Of a stretch of DNA of 20,000 bases, positions 1-8,994 are shown in pieces; position 1 is the stretch's first letter, and each line of letters begins with the position of its first letter. The position numbers and the translations under genes are program-made. The notes beneath the pieces were generated by a model. It was not told where the DNA came from and ran no database searches. It saw only the letters and a program-made list of their open reading frames with translations. Origin of the DNA: Chiloscyllium plagiosum (lineage: Eukaryota); contig NC_057719.1 in NCBI RefSeq assembly GCF_004010195.1, forward strand, positions 63,487,042 through 63,507,041, written 5' to 3'.

Positions 1-1361
1 AGATAGCTAAGAGGATTGTCTCAAATCCTGGGAGAGAAGATAACATTAAATCAAATAAATGTGTGGTGTTGCATTTTAATGTTCATCAGAAAGCACTGCC
101 TTCATTAAGTATGCCAATGTCTTACAGTATGTATCATCTATGTCCTACTAGAAATATGCAACTAAATTGCAAATGAAGTAATCTGTTTGAGAGTGTTGTG
201 ATAGCTTTTACTGTAAAGCTGAAATTTGAGCTGCTTGTGATTGTTGGTTGCACTGATAGGTACGATTGCAGCCTTGAAATCTTTTCCTCTGATCAGTTTT
301 ACAATCTGAAAGGTTTGAGTTTAACAAGAGAGCTATTGAGCTGGCAGTGGCTATTATTACAGATATTGATTATTGCTTCATGATCTTGATGGCATTCACA
401 CATTGCTGTCAACACTGTTGCAGTTGTTATCCAGAAATAATTAAATGATATATGTGGCTATCTTGAGGTGGTTGATGTGTTAATTACATCATGGTACTAA
501 AATGAACTTTGGAACCAGCAATTAGGTCCACCTACTGATCATTTGTTACTTATGAAGAACTATTATTTGCTTGCATTATTATACAACTTTGTATCACTAA
601 GTTAACTACATAGATCACGTCTTAAATCATCATTTTGAACTTATTGTGCTGGTAAGGCATATGACCTCACATTTAGAAAACAAATTATGATCTGATATTT
701 TCAGTGTTATTCTAGAATTTAGAATGAAAGTACTTTGCAGTCATGATGTGCCAACTGCGACATTTTAAAAACTGAATTTCAAACAAAATTTGAAAATATA
801 ATCGGAGTGAAGTTGAGGAATTGACAATTTGTTTTCATGAAGTGTATGTGTGTAATTAAACTGGTTTCACATGTCACCTTGCAAGATTTTAATTTATGCT
901 GCACTGTCTTAAGCGAATGCTGCTAAACATGCAATCAGACCTGGACGATGACGGAAGGCATACGAGGTGCATTTCAATACAAGCACATTTGGGAAATTTT
1001 TCAATCATTCTAGAAACTAAGTCCCATGAATTTGGATTCACATTGTGTATCGTGTAACACCAGCTTAAATATAATATATACTGTAATATCTGATATTATT
1101 CTATTTGCAACAGGTGTGATCTCTCTTTCTTCTCTCCTTTCTTAATTTTCCCTTCTTCATAAATTTGTTTTTGTTGTGAGCCTATTCAACTCAAAGAAAG
1201 ATTTTTGTTGCAATGAAGTTAAGACACACAATCCAACAGGTTGATGACTAGAGATTGCTTGTTGACATATGAATTCCGAAAGGTAACATGTTAGTAGCAT
1301 TTGAATGTGCAAATTTTAAGCAAATTCTTTGTCAACACTTCACATTCACTTAATTCATGGA

Positions 1362-1610
1362 AAAATATAAAAGGGACCTAAGGGGCAACTTTTTCACGCA
1401 GAGGGTGGTGGTTGTGTGGACTGAGCTGCCAGAGGAAGTGGTGGATACAATTACATGCAAAAAGCACATGGAAGGGTATATGCCTAGGGAGGGTTTAGAG
1501 GAATATGGGCCAAATGCTGCCAAATGATTACATTAATTTAGGATATCTGGTCAGCATGGATGTGTTGGGCCAAAGAGTCTGTTTCCATGCTGTACAACTT
1601 TATGACTTTA
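1362..1610 (+). mobile_element. CR1 LINE 3'-terminal fragment (5'-truncated)
   Basis: ORF2 C-terminal remnant 'aggggcaactttttcacgcagagggtggtggttgtgtgg' (RGNFFTQRVVVVW..LP), then the 3' UTR 'ttgggccaaagagtctgtttccatgctgta' and a degenerate (ctatga)-type tail. Same subfamily as 15343-15797. Confidence 0.9.
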
Positions 1611-1901
1611 TTTGTCATCTTAATAAGACTGCAATAGACTAGGTACAGTATGCGTACTTATCACTGATGATAAATGTCATTGCGCACATCTTGAAAGGTC
1701 CAACCATATTGTCTTTGTCAGCACTGAAATAAGTTGTTTTGCTGAAAAAGTACTAAAATTAAATCTGGAAAGTTGATAGCGAATTTTGAGAAAATTTGTA
1801 GCTCAGGTTGATGTTCTGGATGTAGGTTTGCTCATTGAGCTGGAAGGTTTGTTTTCAGATGTGTTGTCACCATACAAGGTAACATCATCAGTGAGCCTAT
1901 A

Positions 1902-2200
1902 CAGACATCAAGCAAAACTAATGTCATTTACAAAATACCTTGCAAGAACCATAACAAACATTACATTGGTCAAACAGGCAGAAAACTAGCCACCAGGATA
2001 CATGAACACCAACTAGCCACAAAAAAGACATGACCCAGTCTCACTAATTTCCTTACATACAGATGAGGAAGGACACTACTTTGAATGGGACGGCACATGC
2101 ATCCTAGGACAAGCCAAATAGAGAGAAATACGAGAATTCCTAGAAGAATGGCATTCCACCCAGAGTTCCAGCAACAAACACATTGACTCGGATCCCATTT
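1902..2200 (+). pseudogene. Decayed GIY-YIG endonuclease domain of a PLE
   Basis: Manual translation from 1902 gives QTSSKTNVIYKIPCKNHNKHYIGQTGRKLATRIHEHQLATK, i.e. (V)IY...YIG.T.R.L..R..EH. After a frameshift it continues HDPVSLISLHTDEEGHYFEWD, with stops further on. Not in the ORF track. Confidence 0.88.
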
Positions 2201-2312
2201 ACCAACCCCTGAGAAAAACAACAGGAGACATCACCACAGGAAATGACAACCCAAGGAACCCTAAACGCATAAATAGAAAGCGGACCGTGCCACCAGTGCA
2301 TCATCCGGAGGC

Positions 2313-2352
2313 TCACCGATGATGTTACCTAGTATGGTGATGAAATGTCTGA
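2313..2352 (+). ncRNA. Degenerate minimal hammerhead ribozyme motif in PLE terminal repeat
   Basis: tca-CCGATGA-tgttacc-tagtat-ggtgat-GAAA-tg-TC-tga. Stem I is tca/tga and stem II is gttacc/ggtgat. The inverted copy (about 1853-1894, -) keeps CTGATGA but has lost GAAA. Confidence 0.6.
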
Positions 2353-2451
2353 AAATGAATATACCAGCTCAGCGAGCAAACCCACATCTGGAAAGTTGAT
2401 AAATACTTTAACAATGTAGAAGGGTTGGTTTAATCTGAACACATTTCTCAT

Positions 2452-2500
2452 GACAACAACTTGCATTTATGTAGCAACTTCAACAGTAAACATGCTTTCA
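2452..2500 (-). mobile_element. L2-type 3' tail remnant
   Basis: 'aacaacttgcatttatgtagca...' resembles the reverse complement of the L2/L2-dependent SINE 3' end. Short and diverged. Confidence 0.45.
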
Positions 2501-2929
2501 TTTATAGTGTTGAAAACAAAAGTGATCCTTCCGAAGAAGTCTCATGACTTGTCTTTTATGGGGTTGGTTTTTATGTAGGATACTGGACTAGCAGATCTTC
2601 TGTTCTCAACAGACTTCCTTACAGATGAACAGCATTTGTTGTAACTATGACACGCTTCTTATGTCCTTCATCCTGTTCCCAGAATATGTGCAGCGAGGTT
2701 GCAGGCATTAAACAAAGCCATAGATCTCATTAATAATTTGCCTTTTAAATTTGAGACATCCAAAAAGCGGTTTTAGCATCTCAAGTACGTTTGTGACATG
2801 GTGTTCAGAGGAGCTTTGCTGTGCACCTTCTCAGGAGAATAGAATTCTTCTTATTGAAGTTTTCGGAAGCAATTAATGGTTAGGTGAGCTGGTTCAGCAT
2901 ATTCAGATTTATGGTGCCTAATACTTCAC

Positions 2930-3045
2930 CCTTGGTACCCATGCCTTCAGCTTCTGGTCCGAGACTTTAGAATTGTCTCCCTAAAGCTTTTATACTTCTC
3001 TCTCCACTCATGTTAAAATCTATCTCTTGGACTAAGTTTTACTAA
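2930..3045 (+). mobile_element. Old L2 LINE ORF2 3' fragment
   Basis: 'ggtacccatgccttcagc...tagaattgtctccctaaag...gttaaaatctatctcttggactaagttt' matches the L2 C-terminal pattern (G..AFS...WNSLP...LKTYLF..AF) in degraded form. Confidence 0.55.
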
Positions 3046-3123
3046 GGATATTAAATCCTGCAATTGACTAATACACTTTGTCTCAGTGCCTCAAGTGAAC
3101 AAACTATGGTAAAATTTGATTTA

Positions 3124-5005
3124 TAGAACATTACAGCACAGTACAGGCCCTTCGGCCCTCGATGTTGCGCCGACCTGTCATACCAATCTGAAGCCCATCT
3201 AACCTACAATATTCCATATACGTCCATATGCTTGTCCAGTGACGACTTAAATGTACTTAAAGTTGGCGAATCTACTACCATTGCAGGCAAAGCATTCCAT
3301 ACCCTTACTACTCTCTGAGTAAAGAAACTACCTCTGACATCTGTCCTATAACTATCACCCCTCAATTTAAAGCTATGCCCCCTCGTGCTCGCCGTCACCA
3401 TTCTTGGAAAAGGCTCTCCCTGTCAACCCTATCTAACCCTCTGATTATCTTATATNNNNNNNNNNNNNNNNNNNNNNNNNNNNNNNNNNNNNNNNNNNNN
3501 NNNNNNNNNNNNNNNNNNNNNNNNNNNNNNNNNNNNNNNNNNNNNNNNNNNNNNNNNNNNNNNNNNNNNNNNNNNNNNNNNNNNNNNNNNNNNNNNNNNN
3601 NNNNNNNNNNNNNNNNNNNNNNNNNNNNNNNNNNNNNNNNNNNNNNNNNNNNNNNNNNNNNNNNNNNNNNNNNNNNNNNNNNNNNNNNNNNNNNNNNNNN
3701 NNNNNNNNNNNNNNNNNNNNAACTCCATCGACCTTAATGTCGTCTGCAAATTTACTAACCCACCATTCTACACCCTCATCCAGGTCGTTTATAAAAATGA
3801 CGAACAGCAGTGGACCCAACACCGACCCTTGTGGTACACCACTGGTAACTGGACTCCAGGATGAACATTTCCCATCAATCACCACCCTCTGTCTTCTTTC
3901 AGCAAGCAATTACTGATCCAAATTGCTATATCTCCCACAATCCCATTCCTCCGCATTTTGTACAATAGCCTACTATGGGGAACCTTAACGAACGCCTTGC
4001 TGAAATCCATATACACCATTTCAACTGGCTTACTCTCATCTACCTGTTTGGTCATCTTCTCAAGGAACTCAATAAGGTTTGTGAGGCACGACCTACCCTT
4101 CACAAACCGTACTGACTACCCCTAATCAAATGATTATTTTCAAGATGATTATAAATCCTATCTCTTATAACCTTTACCAACAACTGAAGTAAGGCTCACT
4201 GGTCTATAATTACCAGGATTGTCTCTATTCCCCTTCTTGAACAGGGGAACCACATTTGCTATCCTCCAGTCTTCTGGCACTATTCCTGTAGACAATGACG
4301 ATTTAAAGATCAATGCCAAATGCTCGGCAATCTCCTCCCTGGCTTCGCAGAGGATCCCAGGATAAATCCCATTCGGCCCAGGGGACTTATCTATTTTCAC
4401 ACTCTGCAGGATTTCCAATACCTCTTCCTTGTGAACCTAGTCTAGTAGCCTGTATCTCAGTATTCTCCTCGACAACATTGATGTTTTCTAGAGTGAATAC
4501 TATTGAAAAATATTCATTTAGTGCTTCCCCTATCTCCTCTGACACCACACACAACTTCCCACTCCAATCCTTGATTGGCCCTAATCTTACTCTAGTCATT
4601 CTTTTCTTCCTTAAATAACTGTAGAAAGCCTTAGGGTTTACCCTGATCCTATCCGCCAACAACTTCTCATGTCTCCTCCTGGCTCTTCTAAGCTCTCTCT
4701 TTAGGTCTTTCCTGGCTACCTTGTAACCCTCAAGCGCCCTAACTAACTGAGCCTTCACATCTCATCCTAATCTAAGCCTCCTTCTTCCTCTTGACCAGAG
4801 ATTCCACTTCTTTCGTAAACCGCGGCTCCCGCGCTCTGCAGCTTCCTCCCTGCCTGACAGGTACATACTTATCTAGGACACACAGGAGCTTTTCCTTGAG
4901 TAAGCTCCACATTTCTAATGTGCCTATCCCCTGCAGTTACCTTCCCCATCCTATGCTTCCTACATCTTGCCTAATTGCATCGTTATTGCCTTTCCCCCAA
5001 CTGTA
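3124..5005 (-). mobile_element. CR1 (HER1-like) LINE, 5'-truncated, ORF2 reverse transcriptase broken by frameshifts
   Basis: Collinear minus-strand ORF pieces: [110 protein letters not shown]. The 3' end with the gggccgaagggcct hairpin is at about 3124-3157. Confidence 0.96.
3456..3720. other. Assembly gap (265 N) inside the CR1 copy
   Basis: Run of N, with CR1 sequence collinear on both sides. Confidence 0.99.
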
Positions 5006-5399
5006 ACTCGTTAATTTATGTAGTAAAGTTTTTGGCTGAAAATGCAAATCATATGAGAAAAAGTATATTTAATGTTTCTGGCTATGCATTGACAATACCT
5101 TCTGAGCACAAATTGGCCGTGGAGAAGCTCAATTTTGTAAGTTTATAGTTTACTTTTGTTTATAGTATTTTTAAAACCACCATGTTATTTCAGCTGATTT
5201 TTGCAAGTACACATTTTTCAATGAGGTTGCTCATTTTTTATTGTGGATTTCCCTTGCCTGTCAGTCGAGGCAGAGGTGAGGAGATATTTTGAGAAAATTA
5301 GGAAATGTGGAAGAAATCTTTGTTAAAGCAATGTGAGACTAGAGTGAGACCTGCCAAAACAACCCTGAGAAATGCATTGCAGCTTCACAAACCACATGG

Positions 5400-5530
5400 A
5401 TGATCATGATTTGGAGGTGCCGGTGTTGGACTGGGGTGTACAAAGTTAAAAATCATACAACACCAGGTCTTAGTCCAACAGGTCTATTTGGAAGCACTAG
5501 CCTTCAGAGCGCTGCATCTTCGTCAGGTGG
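5400..5530 (-). mobile_element. PLE terminal-repeat fragment (second family) with degenerate hammerhead motif
   Basis: Minus strand 5529-5495 reads cac-CTGACGA-agatgcagcgctct-GAAG-gc-TA-gtg, followed by 'cttccaaatagacctgttggact...cctggtgttg', a repeat terminus I recognise as common in shark DNA. Confidence 0.7.
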
Positions 5531-5559
5531 TCTTCAACCATTTGCCAGCAAAGAGCCAA

Positions 5560-6300
5560 ATATGGACTTAAAGATAGGCCCAGTCCAAATATATTCTTAT
5601 CTGTTCTCATCCTGTTTTGCCTTTGACCACATCAGCCTGCATGAAAGCATCTCCACCATTGTCCAACTGTTTGTTCTTTCTTGATTCTATTCAGGTTACA
5701 TTTGTAACCAAAGTAATTTCAGTAATGACATGCCTTCCTGGACACCTTTGGCTCCAGAGCCCTGACAAGGACCTAGCCATGTCCTTTTTCTCTTTTTCAT
5801 CGACATGCTGTTTCTTGAGTGACACCAAAACCACCTACTTCCACTTCTGTAATGTTCCATGCTTCTGCCTTAGTCTGTCTGCTGATAATTTTGTTAACCA
5901 TGCCTTTTTCACCTGAAGACTGTTCTATTTCCCTTTTGCCCAATGTTCTATCCTTTACCTAGGTAAGTTTCATGCTTAACCTGTTTCCTGTATCATTTTC
6001 CTTCCTGAGGCTCACTCAGCCATCATCTCTATTTCCACTGGCCTGATTCAGCTTGCAGTCTCCAACTGCCTCAAATTTTAAATTCTTATCCTAGTGTTTA
6101 GACCTTCATAGCCTACTATTCCTGTAATCATCTCCCATCCAAAACTTCCCAAGAACTCTGCATTCTTACAATTCTGGCTTGTTGGTATGCCAATTCCCTT
6201 GAATCCTAATTAGCAGTTGCACCACTCGATCATCTAGTTCCTGTGCTCCCTCAACTTCTCCACTTTTCCACCCGTCTCTCTTTAAAGGTCAACTCATTTT
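5560..6300 (+). mobile_element. Old L2 LINE ORF2 fragment with internal deletions
   Basis: Remnant motifs in L2 order: AFDHISLHESISTIVQL (AFDTVDH..LL.RL), KTTYFHFCNV (AYFHLRNI), HAFFT*RL.Y (HAFVTSRLDY), FKFLS/ILVF (FKILILVFK). Confidence 0.75.
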
Positions 6301-6312
6301 TTAAAAAAAGTA

Positions 6313-6336
6313 TTTTGACTGCACTTTTGACTGCAC
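6313..6336. repeat. Perfect 12-bp tandem duplication (TTTTGACTGCAC)x2
   Basis: Read directly at 6313-6324 and 6325-6336. Confidence 0.9.
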
Positions 6337-6493
6337 CCCTCCCAAGATTTGTCCCATTTCTGTCTGTATACCCTTGAATGAAAGGCTCGGGACATTTTGT
6401 ATATTGACCAGACTTTCTAAACACCAGATTTTTTTTGTCCTTGATGAAGATAGTCTGATACCAATCTATTCTCATCTTCCTTTCCATAACCTA

Positions 6494-7105
6494 TTAGATT
6501 CCCTCCAGTGTGGAAGCAGGCCCTTCGACCCAACAAGTCCACACAGGTGGCACAGTGGTTGGCACTGTTGCCTCACAGCACCAGAGACCCAGGTTCAATT
6601 CCCGCTTCAGGCAACTCTCTATATGGAGTTTGCACATTCTCCCCTTGTCTGCGTGGGTTTCCTCCCACAATCCAAAAATGTGCAGGTTAGGTGAATTGGC
6701 CATGCTAAATTGTCCGTAGTGTTAGGTGAAGGGGTAAATGTAGGGGAATGGGTCTGGATGGGTTGCACTTCGGCGGGTCGGTGTGGACATGTTGGGCCGA
6801 AGGGCCTGTTTCCACGCTGTAAGTAATCTAATCTAATTTAATCTAAAAACTCTCCGAAGAGTAACCCATCCAGACCCATTTCCCTCTGACTAATGCACCT
6901 AACACAATAGTGTGTATAACTTGACCAATTCACCTGATCTGCACATCTTTGGACTGTGGGAGGAAACCGGAGCACCCGGAGGAAACCCATGCAGGCACAG
7001 GAAGAATGTGCAAACTCCACATATTAGTCGCCCAAGGCTGGAATTTAACCCAGGACCCCGGCGCTGTGAGGCAGCAGTGCTAACCACTGAGCCACCGTGC
7101 TGCCC
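6494..7105 (-). mobile_element. tRNA-derived V-SINE (HE1-like), full length, split by a nested SINE
   Basis: 5' head at 7105 (gggcagcacggtggctcagtggttagcactgctgcctcacagcgcc, with A box and degenerate B box), V-domain (tggagtttgcacattct...tgggtttcctccgggtgctccggtttcctccc), body to 6849. The CR1-like tail resumes at 6546-6494. Confidence 0.9.
6546..6848 (+). mobile_element. tRNA-derived V-SINE (HE1-like) inserted antisense into another SINE
   Basis: A box TGGCACAGTGG 6548-6558, B box GGTTCAATTCC 6592-6602, V-domain, CR1-like tail 'gggccgaagggcctgtttccacgctgta' and (aatct)n end. Confidence 0.92.
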
Positions 7106-7128
7106 TTCCAAATTATAACCTAATTTAA

Positions 7129-7279
7129 GTTAGATTCCCTACAGTGTGGAAGCAGGCCCTTCGGCCCACCAAGTCCACACAGACCCTCCGAAGAGTAACC
7201 CACCCAGACCCATTTCCCTCTGACTGATGTACGTAACACTATGGACAATTTAACATGGCCAATTCACTTGACCTGCACA
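7129..7279 (-). mobile_element. 5'-truncated V-SINE (HE1-like) copy
   Basis: Near-identical to the join of 6494-6546 and 6849-6965 (ttagattccct.cagtgtggaagcaggcccttcg...gtccacacagaccctccgaagagtaaccc). Confidence 0.9.
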
Positions 7280-7928
7280 TGTTTGGACTGTGGGAGGAAT
7301 CTTGAAGTAGCAGCTTCAGTATGAAAGGTTAAATACTTTGCAATAAGGCAAATTTCTGCATTATCTTGCTGATGTTGTCAAAAAGAACTGATGAGCATTG
7401 TTCTGCAAAAAGCAGCCGATTAATGATGAATCAAGTGTTTTCTCAGTTAATGAGACAGGTGAGCCTAATGGGATCTGACTTGGAATTCCATACTTCCTTT
7501 TGGGCTTTGTAATTCCCTTCTTTGTTACAAGATAAATATGAGATAACAGCTTTGTTTCTTTTGCACTGCACAAAGCAGATTCATCCACAAACTCCTAATT
7601 GACATTGTGGTTGGAAGCACTTGAAGTTAGTCTGTTTTCTTAAGCAGATGCAAATTTATTATTGGAACAAAACTGTCGAACTCAGCAATTTGTCAAACAA
7701 TTTTCAACCATCCTCGCATTAATGTCTTTAACAGTCTATGGCAACCTTATTTTTATATACCATCTGCTTTTAGCTACAAGCTATTTAGGCAATATCCTTT
7801 AAAACATATGAATATAATACATTTTTTCATTTGTGGTTTCATGTTAGGAATATGATGAGGGGCATGAAGAAATAAATGCAGATAGTTCTAAAGGAAGGGT
7901 CTTTCGTCCATTGTTAATGTGCAATGTA

Positions 7929-8595
7929 CAGAGGAATCTTGATTATCCAAACGAGATTGGCGGGCAGTATTTCATTCGGATAATTGATTATTTGGATAAC
8001 TGATTCAATGCCTCTCCTCTGGGACTGGGAGTTTTAAGAAGTTGTCTTTTTCCTCTCTGTGTCTCAGGAGGGTTTGTTTCTGAGCAGATACACACTTGTG
8101 TGTAAGGGGCTGTAGCATTGCTGCTTCGCTTCAATGGGATTGACAGAGTGAGCACCTGCTGGGTTCGCTCCCCATTTAGGAGACTAGGCAACACACACAC
8201 CGCAACCCCCGCACATTCCCGCTGCCCCCCCCAGCTCCACCCACCCTACCTGCGGGATGGAGACAGCAGCTGGACTGGACACCAACAGCAAGACTGCTGC
8301 TGCCTTTGGGGGTGAATCTCAAAGTAACACACTCACACACACAACGTTTTGCCCTGTACACGGTAAGTGTGGGGAGAGAGGGAGAGAGAAGGCGGGAGGT
8401 TGGTCATTGGAAACGGTGCCCAGGCTCCCATCGATGTCCAGGACTGTTCTCGGCAGCATTTCAGAAAGCCGAATTCACTTTTAATCATTGTGTTGGTAAC
8501 ATCTCTTTGATGTAATATATCTCTCAGGATTTAAGATCTTCTTCGGATAATCTGAAATTCAGACAATTGATATTTGGATAATCGAGATTTCTCTG
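7929..8595. mobile_element. Non-autonomous Tc1/mariner-superfamily (pogo/Tigger-like) DNA transposon (MITE)
   Basis: 23-bp TIRs CAGAGGAATCTTGATTATCCAAA (7929-7951) and the reverse complement of TTTGGATAATCGAGATTTCTCTG (8573-8595), 2 mismatches. TA flanks both ends (7927-7928, 8596-8597). Subterminal tt(c/t)GGATAA repeats. No transposase ORF. Confidence 0.88.
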
Positions 8596-8994
8596 TATTT
8601 GTTGTTTTAGAATTGTAGTAATTGCAGTGCATCATTTATGCCCTTGTAGTTAGTGAACTAGCTGTATTGGATCCCATTGTGCTTTTTCAATTGACAGGTT
8701 GAGTGTGGCAAGTTGTCAATATTGACATAAAATGCCACTGAGTCTTCCAAGATCTGGAATGGTTTTCTTCTTCCTGCTGCTAGACTGATAAGAACTTGAA
8801 AAACTGAAAAGCTAAATAGATTTACCCAGTTAAATGCGTAAATGTATTTGTTGGAGTTAACATTTGGCTGTGGTGCTACTCATAAGCTAAAAACACTTCT
8901 TGATCTGCTGGTTTGATACTTAGGGTACTCAAAAATTTTTGGCTAGCGTAATTTCATGTTTGCCTATTAGTAATTGTAGATCACCCAAAAGAGC

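Larger units (their letters stand above)
1779..2388 (+). mobile_element. Penelope-like element (PLE) fragment with inverted terminal segment and 16-bp target-site duplication
   Basis: Direct repeat ATCTGGAAAGTTGATA at 1763-1778 and 2386-2401. An imperfect ~80-bp inverted repeat pairs 1819-1898 with 2309-2388. A GIY-YIG endonuclease remnant lies inside. Confidence 0.88.

Noticed and set aside
1101..1288. Possible plus-strand exon (caacAG at 1113 or tgAG at 1180 to AAG|GTAACA at 1282)
   Set aside because: The 1181-1282 segment common to both versions has stops in all three frames, and the acceptors are mediocre.
3375..3749. Long ORFs 3375-3737 and 3450-3749
   Set aside because: Artefacts of translating through the N gap.
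6374..7118. Cluster of overlapping ORFs and tRNA-like A/B boxes
   Set aside because: All fall in SINE sequence. The tRNA-like heads run into V-domains, so they are not tRNA genes.
7436..7465. Possible microexon (ttttctcAG-ttaatgagacAG|GTGAGC)
   Set aside because: Short pyrimidine tract and no independent support. Expected by chance in 20 kb.
7988..8515. Five overlapping ORFs in GC-rich DNA
   Set aside because: They lie inside the MITE, show no DDE or HTH transposase motifs, and are explained by low stop frequency.
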